Of a stretch of DNA of 64,000 nt, positions 24,024 to 36,720 are shown piece after piece. Source of the stretch: Gordius albopunctatus (taxonomy: Eukaryota). The DNA lies in the NCBI GenBank assembly GCA_964276515.1, contig OZ193909.1, positions 4,774,001 through 4,838,000 on the forward strand, in the 5' to 3' direction. The position numbers and the translations under genes were made by a program. The stretch's first letter is position 1. Every line of letters starts with the position of its first letter. A model generated the notes under the pieces. The model was given only the letters and a program-made list of their open reading frames with translations, ran no database searches and was not told the DNA's origin.

Positions 24024-24883
24024 TAGTGATGCGGAAAAACCGAGAAAAATCTCGGTCTCGTCTCGTCTCGGATTTGAAAATTGGAGTCGAGATCGAGACG
24101 AGAATTTTGATGTCGAGACGAGACGAGAATTTTGATGTCGAGACGAGACGAGATTTTTTCGGCGAGATCTCGACTTTTTCTTGATCGTTAGATTTTAGTA
24201 AATTATTGTGTATTTTAATTTGCATGATCTACATTTAAATATGTATGGAATATATTTTACATTAAAAAAATTTCTAAGTGTAGTAAATATTATATATTTT
24301 TGCAAAAAATTTAAAATTTGGCATTCATCTACCTAAGTAAGGTTGAGCCATAGGGTATGTTAATGATTTTATAAATCATATATTTGTATCCATAGCATTA
24401 TTAAATATTAAAAAATTTTAGGCTTAAAATGAGTTCTGATGGAATAGTAAATATTACTAAAGCTTAAAGCATATTTATATTTTGCAGTTACTCATCCTGC
24501 ATAATGCGGTAATTATAAATTAGTAGTCAATCAGTTTGAATAAGTGGCTCTAGATTTTTGAGCACCCGCCTAACGATTTCAAAAGTACAATAGAGTATTT
24601 AATGATACCGTAATAGATTAAATCTTAATCATGGATTTTTTTAAAAGTTTTTATGCTTCAACTAGTAGTATACCTCCCAAATTTTTGATAGTTTTGTCAT
24701 ATGCATTACTTTTCACATTATGAGCACGGTTGGCAGGTGCATTTAAATATATTATATTTCCATAATTGTGCAATATAAAATAAATACACGAACCTATACT
24801 GTATTCGATCGAGATTTTTCTAGACCGAGACGAGATCGAGATTTTCATAATCGCTCCCAAGACGAGACGAGATCAAAACACTA
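24024..24883. mobile_element. Internally deleted copy of the GAGAC-repeat hAT element (see 58218-60360)
   Basis: Begins TAGTGATGCGGAAAAACC, ends AACACTA; subterminal (GAGAC)n; internal sequence nearly identical to parts of 58218-59330; TSD imperfect. Confidence 0.85.
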
Positions 24884-25032
24884 TATTTCAAAAACTTGAC
24901 ATATTTGAAAAAACAAAAAATATATTTGTGTTCACCACCAAATATTCTATATAAATATGTTAATCGTCCATTATTTGTTGTCTAGTGTTATTAAACACAA
25001 ATTTTATATGCAATTTGGTATATGCAGATAAA

Positions 25033-27893
25033 TTTTTTTTCCTATAGCTGTTTGTCACATTTAGTGGTCAGCTCCTTCAAGTAGATTCTCCATGTATTCC
25101 TGCACTTACACCAGCTTCGCTTTAGCTCGTACCTTCTCAAGTCCATATCAATTTTATGCTTTCATGTCAGTTTAAGCCTTCCTCTCTTTCGCTTACCTTC
25201 GACTTGCACTTTATTGATACGATTTGCCAAGTGACTTTCCTCCCGTCTCTCCAAATGGCCATACCATCTCAATCTTCTTAACACCAAATTTCTCTGAAAT
25301 GGAACTACATTTAGTTCATCTCTTATGTCTTGATTCCTTATATGGTAGTTTTTGCTTATTCCCAAGATCCATCTTAACATTCGCGTCTCCATTGTAGCCA
25401 AGCTTTGCTCCTCTTTTGCCTTAATTGCCCAGGTTTCCGCTCCATACAATACTGTGGGTACAATAACGGTGTTATATAACCGTCCTTTCAAATTGAGTGG
25501 TATGTGCTTATCACATAGGACACCACTCAACTCCCTGAATTTTAGCCAGCCTGCGTTTATTCTTGCCTTAATTTCGTTTTCCACACCTCCATCACATTGT
25601 AACCTAGAACCAAGATATTTAAATTTTTTCCTGCTGCTTAAACACCAGTCATCGATTTGCAGGTGTGTTTCTTTGTATTCATTCTCCTACTCCAAGCATA
25701 CATATTCAGTTCTATCTCGGTTGACCCTAAGGCCTTTGCTTTCAATTCATTCCATCCACACTTTTACCTGCTCTGCTAATTCCACGTTTGAGCCTGCGCA
25801 CAGGACGATATCATCCGCAAATAGCATTGCCGAAGGTGATTCGCGTTTAAGGTCCTTCGTTATCGAATCCATTATTGTTATGAAGATGAAGATCCTTTTG
25901 TTTTTCCTTATATAATTCCACAATTCTTCTAAGATCATGTATATTTTTCGGAGTCTAGGTTCTATAACCTTTTCACACACCTTCATTACGTGACTCTTTA
26001 ACTTTATCCCTCGATATTTGTTGCATTCTTGTACATCTCCCTTCAGTTTATAGATAGGTATAAAATAGCCTCCCCTCCACTCATCAGGCATCATACCACT
26101 TGCAAGTATTTTGTTAAACATCTTTGCAAGTAGATGTACACCTAAGGGTCCTAGCATTTTAAAAGCTTCCATAGGTATATTATCAGGTCCCACCGCTCTA
26201 CCCATGGTGATATTTTTTAGCACCTGGTCAACCTCTTCCTCTGTCACTTCTAACTCTGGGTCATATTCATAGGTCTTGCTTTCGCAGTGGTCCGAAAACA
26301 CATTTTCACTGTTTAATAATTCTTTATAGTATTCTTCCCAACGATCTATGATTTGATGGTCCAGAGTTAGACTGATGCTTTCCTTGCTCTTAATAGATTT
26401 CACGTTTACCACTCCTTTGAGTTCCTTGCTCTCATCTTTGCGATTTTGTAGATGATTCTTTCCCCTTCTTTACTGGTTAACTTGGCATTCAAATTTTCGT
26501 AGGCCTCTGTTTTAGCCTTGGCTACACAACGTTTTGCCTCGTTTTTAGCTTTAGCATATGCCAATCGTGTTTCTTCATTTCTGTTGCCTGACCATAATTT
26601 GTAAAGCTTTCTTTTCAACTTGACCAGGCGTTGCACGTCTTCGTTCCACCACCATGTCTCCTTATCTTTTTGTATACCTGGTTTACCTTCTCCTATAACA
26701 CACCTCGCTACTGATCGTACCTTGTTAGCTATGTTATTCCACATATCGTTAGCATTCTGCTGATCATCTATTTGCAGCCTTTCAACTATTAGGTCATTGT
26801 AAATATCTTTCAATTTTGGTAGTCGGAACCATTTGATTTTCCCATTTAATCTCTTCGGCTTTTGTGTTTTAGCCTTGGAGATGGTATAGGCCATCACAAC
26901 AAGTCTGTGCTGGGCTGCAATAGCTTCACCGGCTATCACCTTACAATCTCGTAAATTCTTTAATTCCTTTCTTGATATTAGGAGAAAGTCAATCTGCGAA
27001 GATCGATTTCCACTTTTGTACGTTATTAGGTGATTTACATTCTTTTTGAAGAAAGTATTTGTGATGGCCAAATCAAATGCAACGGCTATTTTCAATATTT
27101 CGTCGCCTTCATCGTTTCTCGCTCTTTATCCATTCCCACCATGGTACTGTTCAAATCCTTCTCTTGTTTTGCCTACGTGACCATTCATATCTGCTCCAAT
27201 TATAACTAGTATGATTCGCAGCATTTCGCCTAATTCTTCCCAAAATTCCTCCTTATCTTCATCTGTGCATCCTGTTTGCGAAGCATATCCGGAAACTACA
27301 TTAATCATTTGACCTTCTAGGCATAGTTTCAACCACATGAGTCGCCTACCTTTTCTTTGAACCTCAATGACTTTATCTTGCAGATGTGAGGCTAGTATGA
27401 TTGCCACGCCATTTTTATTCGTTTCTAGGCCATTGAAGTAAAGTTTATAGCATTCACCTATCATCTTTGCTTTTGCGCCTTTCCATCTTGTTTCCTGTAT
27501 ACACGCTATATCGACCCGTCGCTTGCTGAGGGTGTCAGCAACTTCTCGGCATTTTGCAGTCATCGTTCCAACATATAGCGAGCCCACTCTCAATCTCGTC
27601 CTTAGCAAACTAGTTTCTTCGACTACATCCGTTTGCGGAAGATGTAGTGACCCTCGTTGACTTTTCACATGATACGGGCGCCTACCATGCGCGTCGTTTA
27701 CGGAGGACGCCCTAGCACTTTCATTATTACGAACTTTCATAGCACTTGGATCAGGAGTGACGCTCGGCTATCCAGGCCTGACAGCCGTGTTGACGATGTG
27801 AAATATTTTTAAACTTTGAAATAAATGCCGGAGGTGGAATCGAACCGGCAACCTCGCGCTTCAAAGTCTAAACTTATACCCACTTGTCCTACC
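25033..27893 (-). mobile_element. Near full-length RTE-clade LINE (APE endonuclease + RT), disrupted, with tRNA-like 5' head
   Basis: ORF from ATG 27740: APE motifs DIACIQETRW, GADMNGHVG, SQIDFLL, QHRLV; RT motifs AVGPDNIP, YRGIKL, MLFADDIVL, FKYLGS; C-terminal RLRWYGHLERR, GKRKRGR. In-frame stops, frameshifts and an internal RT deletion near 25900; A-rich tail at 25033-25040. No TSD identified. Confidence 0.93.
27825..27893 (-). promoter_or_regulatory. tRNA-derived Pol III-type internal promoter head (not a functional tRNA)
   Basis: GGTAGGACAAGTGGGTATAAGTTTAGACTTTGAAGCGCGAGGTTGCCGGTTCGATTCCACCTCCGGCA: A-box-like TAGGACAAGTGG, CTTTGAA anticodon-loop-like heptamer, consensus B-box GGTTCGATTCC at tRNA spacing; stems degenerate. 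Confidence 0.75.
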
Positions 27894-28595
27894 AAAATAA
27901 AGCACATTTAAAGGGCAATCTAGCCAACGCCATATTGAACACGTTGTTATTAAAGAATAAAAATTGCAGTAATATAAATCTTATTTATGTTTAATTGTGT
28001 AACTCTTACTATGTCTCTTATGTTAGTACTTAGATGGCATTACACTAATATCTGTGTAACTTACGGGCATTGAAAATATAAGTGCGAAACTTCGTGCTTA
28101 AATCAAATCAGATATAAATATAACGATTTATGTCATTTTTTGGTACTGTCGGGATCAAATTATATGATTAAGAGAATAAATATTATATAAAACAAACACA
28201 ATGCAATTCGTAAAAACGATTTGGATAAGTTTATTGTCTGCCGATCGTCGCACGTTAAAATTAGTGATAATAATTATTTAATTACAAAGTAAGAAAGAGA
28301 GAGATAGAGAGAAAGGTAGCTCGTAAAAATTGTGTGATTCCGTACAAGGGGGGGGGTCGTGTTTAACACGCTTCAACGATCATAAGTGATGATTGACGAA
28401 TAAATAAATAATACAAGAGCGCAAAGTAGAAATGATTACACGTACGGGTGGTATGGTATGTATATAAATAAAAAATTGGCCTATTTGGTCACGACAGGTA
28501 CATACATAAGGGGTGATAGTGGAGGAGGTGGGGCCACAACAAAAAGGAAATTCGAGATATAATTCGTAAGCAGGTTGTGCGGTTTTGGGTGGAAT

Positions 28596-31500
28596 TCAAT
28601 TGAAGTTGCTCCGGGTGTAATTAGGGAGACCAATGTCCGAACCCCTGAGATTGGTGCTCTCTCCGGCTATGGGAGTTTTCATGTCGATATTGACGTCGCT
28701 GGTGTTATCATGCGGGAGTGGTTGCTGCGTCGTGGCTTGTTTTGCCCCGTCGTCCTCGCTACTAACATCCTCCTAGTACGATATATTAAATATCCGTTTA
28801 CCAAAAAATTTCTAAGCCTATACAAGCATAGAGGTTTCGGGTCATATAGAATTCTTTATAGACACTAAATCGCATTTGTTATTTACATAATATATATAAC
28901 CTATTTACTTAAATAGATTTCTAACAATTGCAATATCGATAGTAACGAATTTGATATAACAAAATGAATCACGATAAAAACTATTTAGATTTTTATTCAT
29001 AGGCAACAGGATATCACTACAACATTATAAATGAATCTTAAGGGAGCGAGTCCGTTGCGTCAAATATATTCATCAGCTGCTTCAATGAATGTTACAAAAC
29101 GCTTGAGCACTAATTTTGGGCGTTCTTCCAGTGCCTGCTAAGCGTTTTCACTAGCCAAAGCCCAATTTGAAATGTAAGAAGAAATAGTTATAAAACAATC
29201 TCTAAATTTAAAGCACCCAATATGGCCCTAAACAAGGAATCGCTATTATATAGATGAGAGACTAGCAGTTATTTAACTATCAGAAGGGGGCTTTTAGCCG
29301 TAGTTTTAAGAAGACCACGCAAGTTTAAGGTGCATCAAGCGTGCCCTCAGAGTTTTGCCAAGTCTAAATTTGAAATTCAAACGTTTAGTTCAAACCTTAA
29401 ACCCGGACCTAACAAAATTGCATTTCGAACCCAACTACAATAGAAGCTAAATTCAACGAATACCATCACCTATAATTGTGCAAAACTAAACGGCCTAAGG
29501 ACACAATATCCGAAAACCTATACTGATAGATAACAAATTATCAAAAAATCTTGAAAAGATTCAGTGTCGGAATATCAATAAATAAAGTCGACTGATTTGT
29601 TTCGCATTTTAAAAGGAGGAGGAGGAGGATTCTAGTTTAGTGTTAAATGTATTAGGAGAACGGAGGCGGCCAGCCAAAGATGATTATGATGATGTTATGT
29701 ATGGGTTAGTGTAGGTAGATGAGTTATACTTTATCGGGCCCCTGTAAAGTGTAGAGGACGGGATTGGTGGGATCAGATGTTATTATACGATGCTGACGAT
29801 TATTTTTCCCCGGCTACAATTATAGATGGCGTTAAAAAGAGGATTCGTTAAATTTCGGCGGCCTATTGGGAGCTCGATTATTAATATAATGTGTGCATCT
29901 CAAAACAGGGATAATGATATAAACAAAAAATATTCGAATAAAGCCATTAGAACACCCTTAAAAATTATCACGAACCATCATTGAATGAAGTAATTAACAT
30001 TCATATTATTTAACAAATTAATTAATCAGTCCATAACAATTAAAATTTAGTTTGTAGTATGTGTAAAATTAATTCATTTCACTATACTAAAAATGTAGAC
30101 TTAAAAATGCTTAATTCCTATATTTGGCAAACGTCAACAGAGTCTTAAATTATATATTTATATTTCGTTTCCTTCATATTTAAAACAATTATAAAATTGT
30201 ATAATATTTTGATGACTTTAATTAACTAATTATCTTTTAAAATCATATTAAATATGATTCCAAAAATATCTTAAAAAATTTGGACACGACTGACAAAATT
30301 TGTTAATTATTAGTTCAGCATATTGATTTAAACAATATACATGATTTCGTTAAAAAGTGAACTAAATCTTTGTCTAAATTAAATTAGTGGCTCAGTCATT
30401 TGGCAATAAGGTGTTTTGTTTTAAGCCATATGCCAACACTAGATTTAAATTGTCTCACATATGGGAATTGATTTCTATATGTATAACAAAAACTAAAAAA
30501 TAATCTTGAAAATGTGTCATACAAATTTTTTTCTCACTTTTAAGTTGCTATACTCATTTTCCTCTTCTGGGTATTTAGGGACAAATTTCCCACAACAAAA
30601 ATTGCAGCAACAGAAACAGCAAAAGCAGCAATAGCAACAGGTCACCAAGCCACACACAGTTAGGAATGCCTTTATACAAAATATATGACTGTATAAATAA
30701 AAAATATTTTTATCCAAGGTTTACCTTAATTTAGAAAGTTGTTAACATTAACATTATGAGAAGCTAAAAATCTTATTAGTTTCTTAAAGTTTTTTTCTGA
30801 TGAACAAACTTATTCTAATATATGCAATTTTATATACAAATTATCAACTAACTATAATAAAACAAGAGAAATCATCAGAGGAGATAACTCAAGAGAGTCA
30901 AGTCTCACCCTTGTTTGTTGATAAACAACTTATTTACACAAAAAATTGAATGTATATAAGAATCAAACTGTATATTTGCATCTAATGATTTAAATTATTC
31001 ACACAAATGTGGCAAGTTAAAAAAGTATTCAAAATATAATAGCTAGTAAAAAGGTTTAATTTATATAACAAACCAAATTATAAAATTTTTACAGAATATA
31101 TTTATTGAATAAATATTCTTAACAATATTATTCTTACTTTACATAATTTTGACTGAAGGAAAATGTATGCTTTAACATTATTTTCTCCTAATTGCTCAGC
31201 AATTAGCAGACCTAGGGAGCCATAATTGTCATACAAATCACGTTTAGGTGGATCAGATAAAACACCATATGCACGATTAACTTGTTGAAACTATAAAATT
31301 ATTATGAATTGCTATTTTTTCAAAAGTTACTCTTTCTGTTGCTTCTGGATTGTCTAAATTTTTATCTGGGTGAAAACGTAAGGCAAGCTAGTAAACAGAT
31401 ATTATAAATAAATTTTAATATATTAAAAGAAGAAGAATAACTTGTTTATTTAAAGATATACATTAATATAACCTCAGCTTAGAAATTATTTAAGTTAAAA

Positions 31501-31892
31501 TATAACTTAAAAACTTAATGGTATAAACATTAAAGATGCCCCAGATTATTATAGTATTACACCTTTTAAGGTAACATAATAAATCTTATATCCATTTAAT
31601 GTATAATTTTTTCAACAAGTAAACTACTTTTCTGTAAGCTTTTTTGATATCATCAGCGGTTGATGTTTTTGGCACACCGAGAATATCATATAAGCTTTCA
31701 CTCCTGGTCCTAAAAAGAAAATAGATTTATCAGCAAATATCAACAAGCACAAATTAATACATAATAATTAACCCTAAATCACATAAGAATTGTTATAAAA
31801 TTCTTGTGTAAAAAAGGGTTATACAAATATACTCTTACGATAAAAGCAACTTACGATAATCCAATATGTGGTTTGGTGGTGGGACCTGTCAT
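28596..31892 (-). CDS. DNAJC5: Cysteine string protein (DnaJ homolog subfamily C member 5)
   Basis: Exons 31892-31855, 31709-31628, 31387-31331, 31290-31138, 30669-30538, 28772-28596 (optional exon 29813-29730). J-domain with HPD, YGSLGL..AEQLGE linker, cysteine string [19 protein letters not shown]-terminus ...NYTRSNFN*. Confidence 0.93.
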
Positions 31893-32089
31893 TTAAAATC
31901 TAAGCATATTGTAAATTCTTAAAATTTGGCTATGAGCAATTACTGTATTTGCTCAACTGGTCTATCGCTCACGGAATCTACAACCAATCAAAATGTAGTT
32001 CCAATTTGCAAAGCATGCTTATAAGTTTTTTTTTAATAATTCAAAGTTTTTTACAAATAATTAAGTATGTTGTATGCAAAAATATATAG

Positions 32090-32850
32090 AATTAATGAGC
32101 TGGCATCGATCCATGGATTAATATTGTATTAGATTTTACAATTTCCATGGTGTTTCTGCTTGATGTAAAAGAATTCTTTGGGATCCTGTGTAATGGAGTT
32201 TACATATTTTGATATTTGTTTGAGGAATTGGCTACCCTCGGGACCTAAATTACCGAGGGTCGTGGCCACTACTGGTACAAAAGTAATATTGCTGAGGTAT
32301 TTGTATTCTTCCACTTTCTTTCTTTCAGTAGAAGAGATGAGGTCGGGAGAGGCGTTATATTTGGCAAATATGTCCACTGCAGTGAAGTGGCAACAGGCGT
32401 TTAGTCCACGAGCCCACGGAATATTTGTTACACCGTCGGGTCTTCTACCGTCAATAGAGCTTAGGCCGGTGGGTTCCATTGAGTTGGGAAAGCCGGCTTT
32501 CTTCAAAAATTGTTCAAATATTTTATTTATTGAGGCATGACGGGGATGCCGCCCCTTTCTGTAATGGCAGTGTAGAGAATGGTGGCCGTTTGCTAGAACG
32601 GGTTGGCGACAGAGGTCGCAATTGAATGGGGACACAATGTCGCAGCCGAGGCGTAGGCCTACAGCTACTCGAAGTTCCTCGCCCGATAAGTGTAACCCTA
32701 GTTTTTGGCTTGGTAGGGCCTCGAGCCATTCCTAACACCCGTAGGATGCCCAATTGAAGTGGAGATTTCCCAAAGATAGGTTGTTCTAAGTGAGGTAAGC
32801 TACGGAACGTGCGATTAGTGGTAAATCCCATTCATTTTGTGTGGTTCCAG
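32090..32850 (-). mobile_element. 5'-truncated CRE-clade-like non-LTR retrotransposon (restriction-like endonuclease region)
   Basis: WLEALPSQKLGLHL...VGLRLG, CxxC...HSLHC zinc knuckle, RH...EP.GL...DGRRPDG..PW (PD-D/ExK type endonuclease); frameshift near the C-terminus. Confidence 0.8.
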
Positions 32851-33904
32851 TGTTATAACTAATTAATTTTATATTTAATCATGTTATAAACGCTTTATAA
32901 GGTTGCAAAAACATATATTAAGCATATAATATATAATTAACTTTTTTATTGCTGCATATATATTTTCTTTCATATTAAGCATATAATATATGAAGTTCAA
33001 ATTTTTTATTGCTGCCTACATATTTTCTTTCATAGGTTAGATTAAATGCTTTATAAGTTAATATACATTTACAATATTTTATATTGTTATATATAATAGA
33101 TATACTTATATAATAATGTTTAAATTATTATTTTTGTGCAGTAGATAAATTGTGCAGTATACGAGTTGAGTATAAATCACAATTACAGACTTTATGGTAC
33201 AGCATTATAACATTATTCAAATTCAGCAGTTCGCTTGGCTTATGCACTTTCAAATCATTATAACGTTGCAACAAACTACTGTTTTTAGCTTTATAAAACA
33301 TATTAAAAATACATATTACCTTCATAAAATGCTTATAAATTTTATGCAAAATTTTAGTTAAAATATATGTTATAAAATTTATTTTCAATATATATATGAA
33401 ATTATAATATGTATTATATATATTGCATATTTGTGTTTGAGCGAAATCTGAAACATCGCCATTGCATGCGAGCTGGATTATATAAAATTTTTGTTTACGT
33501 GTAATAGGTATATAGATAATCTTTATAAAGTACCAAAGAACCATTATATTCTTAATAATATTTGTTACAATTAACCATTGCTTTAATTTTTTAACACAAC
33601 AACGCATTTAAATAGGGCGTTTTTATATGTCTGTGACATAAGCACGCGTTTTTCAAAAAAATTGTCGTTTGCTTCGTATAAATAACACTCGCAATGTCAT
33701 TTCAAACTTTAATGTTTCTGAGTGCATCGCGAAAACATTTTTCACCCTTTCAGTTTGACACCTTAGTTATATAATAATAGATGCAAAACTGATCAAGAAA
33801 ACTGGCTTTTTATTTTATTAATTCGCTTACTTATAATAAATCTAAATTATTTGACTTTAGTTTCAAATTCAAGTTGCTTAGTGTATCGAGTTTTTATAAT
33901 TATT

Positions 33905-35588
33905 TAGAAATTGCATTCCATTCGTCCGAGCCCGTCTGTAAATTTTTTAGGCCCGTTCGAGCCCGTCCGTAAATTTTTTAGGCCCATTCGTACCCGTTTA
34001 AAAAAACGTCAGGCCTGCTCAAGCCCGTTCCAATTTTTTTGAAACTCCGCGCCCGACCCAAATCATCAAAGATTTCATTATATTTTTGACATATTCATAA
34101 AAAAACATCAATAATTATCATGTTAAAATAATAAATCATCCATTTTTCTGCCGTTAATACACTTAAAATATTTTAATATAGTATACCATTCCATTAATTA
34201 AAAAAATTACATGAGAATGTTCGACTTTCAACAATTTACTTTTATTTGATTAATTTAAGTTAATACACCCAAGAAGTTAGAAATCAGTATTACCATTTAA
34301 AATACTTTAATAAAATTACATAAGAATATTCAACTTTCAATAAGCAGTTTACATTGATTTGATTAATTTATATAAGTTAATACAACTATATTAGAAATAA
34401 AATATTTATTAAATTATATGGCCCTAATAATAATTATACCAGTAAAATTTTACGAAAAAATTAAACACAAAAATTTTGGTGCATTGTGATTAAGTAATTG
34501 AACTTACTCATAAAAGAATATACGAAGCTATAATCTTAAATTATAACGAAAATCTATAACAAATAGAATAAGAATGTTTTAAAGTCCAATTTAGCTCTTG
34601 AAAAAGGAATGAATTTTACAGGATATACAAAAATCAGAGGTTAATAGAGCCCTGCACGGACCGCCCGAAGCCCAACCCGGCCCGATCGGGTTTCGGGCCA
34701 GGCTCGGGCAAAATTTTATAATATAATCGGGCGGCCCAAATTGAACTAAAACAAATTAATCTTATAAAATAGGATTTAAATAAAATTCGATATTAAATAA
34801 TTTTTTTCGCGCAGCGTACATTATATAGCTTCCAAACTTTAGCTTTTTCCCTGTTCTATTATAATATAACTGACCTGAATTGCAAATTTTATTCTAGTAT
34901 TTAAATAGATTTATAGTAGCTGTTACAATTTTAGAAATAAGATAAGTAAATATTTCAAAAGCTTTTTTTGTTTGAACTGTTAAAAATATATATTAAAAAG
35001 TTAAATTTTTATCTTTAAATGATTAACCGAATAAATTAAAACGAGTGAAAAATTTTTTATTTCAAACTTATCATAGTTGTAAATACGTGTAATAACAATC
35101 TAATGCATTTTATATTAAGATGGTGAAATAATTTTTAAAAATATATTTTTCAAAAATTTTATTTAAAAAGTCGTGTCGGGCTCGGGTCGGGCCAAAAATA
35201 AAAAACCTTTCGGGCCGGGCTCGAGCAAAATAAAAATTGAGAAGTCGGGCTCGGGCCGGGCTCGGACAGAAGAAATTTTATTTTGCAGGGTTCTAAAGGT
35301 TAACAAAATTAAGCAATTAATAATCTATATATAAAATAAAAATTATTATTTATATAATTGCCTGACTTTTAAGGGCTTTTGTAATTCCATGACCGTTTAT
35401 ATAATCTCTGGTCCGTTCAAGCCCGTTTATAAAGAGTCAGCCCCGTTCAAGCCCGTTAAAAAATCTCAGGCCCGCCCGAGTCCGTTCCATTAATTGTTAA
35501 GCCCGTTCGGGCCCGGTCCGTTAAAATTTTATGATAGTAAGCCCGTCCGTACCCGCTCGCGGGCCGGGCCTGTCCGTGCAGATCTATA
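33905..35588. mobile_element. Outer hAT-like element with GCCCGT subterminal repeat arrays
   Basis: Arrays of GCCCGT(T/C)C at 33925-34060 and 35390-35580; degenerate TA(G/T)AGATCTGCA-like ends; no TSD found. Confidence 0.6.
34645..35295. mobile_element. Nested hAT-type element
   Basis: TIR TAGAGCCCTGCA...TGCAGGGTTCTA; 8-bp TSD GAGGTTAA/AAGGTTAA (7/8); CGGGC subterminal repeats. Confidence 0.85.
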
Positions 35589-36720
35589 ATCGATAATATC
35601 AACGATATTATGTCTTGGCTCCTTACCGATTTAAATTAGTGAACTTTTATGAACACATGAGATCTATTTAATTTAATCATAAAGTCAAGTACTCAAAGTG
35701 CCAATTTTTATTAATGTATATATACACCTTGAAAGGGAGGGGATAGGGTAAATGTAAGAATTTCATAGCAAAGTAAAAACATAATTGTAAAATTTGATAT
35801 ATTCTTCATTCAATGAGTAATTAATGGAAACCAACCACGTTTTTTTAGATGACTTCACAATTATCCGATATCGTTGCGAGACTGGTAAGGCTTAACAGTA
35901 ATACATATTTTCCAAATTTGATAATAATTATAACTAAGGCTATTAAATTAAAACTTGATATAATTTTTAATTCAAACTTCCCCCCCCTCCACATGTCTAT
36001 GCCTGCAAGCCATCCTCTATGAACACATATTTTTTTCTCCCCTTATCCAACAACGCTAGAATAAATTTATTTACCAAATTCAAATCCCGGGAAGGACAAA
36101 ATTTTTTTTTAATTAAATGGAAAATTTGTATTATAAATAATTAACTACTTGTTTTGCATTTTATATCCCCTATAGACATTCTCGCCCATAAATTGCATAG
36201 CAAATATGCTACTTTTATACGGAGTATAGAAGAGTTCCCCCTTTCCTTCCCCTACTCCCATTCCCCCCTTCCCACGAGGGCCAAAGGCCCGAGTTATTTT
36301 ATACAATCAATTTTGTTTTTAGATAGTATTTTAATACATTTCCCGTGCTATAATCAAAGTTTAATATTAAATTTATAAAGTTAAAAGTTCTAAAAATGTA
36401 AATAATCAAGGAGTGAGTTACGCTTGGCCGAACACAGCATAAATTTCAATGAATATTTCAATATAAAATCTTATTAAAACTAAATTAAATAAGTTTAGAA
36501 TGTTCCAACAATCAAGCTGTTAATTACACTTCAATGTTTGTAGGTATAGCGTGAATTAATCTTCAATTAGCGCTTCTTAATCAAAATTCATCTAACAGGC
36601 TTTTAAAAGGTAAAAAGTAGTATATTAATTTTGCTGAACAAATTATAAATTTAAATCATAATTTTCTATAAATTCTTAGTCTATGTGTAAACTATTGATG
36701 CCCTTACACTATAAACCTAA

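Noticed and set aside
24024..24200. CRISPR-like or coding interpretation of the GAGAC repeats and ORFs 24013-24225 / 58119-58409
   Set aside because: These are subterminal repeats of a TSD-bounded hAT element in eukaryotic DNA; no regular repeat-spacer structure and no cas genes.
27755..27790. HDV-like ribozyme at the RTE 5'UTR
   Set aside because: There is an 8-bp hairpin (CGGCTGTC/GATAGCCG), but its 7-nt loop cannot hold the nested P2/P3 topology and the pairing is poorly kept in the SINE copy; a covariance search would be needed.
27825..27893. Functional tRNA-Gln(TTG) gene
   Set aside because: Acceptor 5' strand is missing and the T and anticodon stems do not pair; treated as a retroelement head.
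33128..33607. 159-aa ORF
   Set aside because: Extremely AT-rich low-complexity translation with no recognisable domain; likely a chance ORF.
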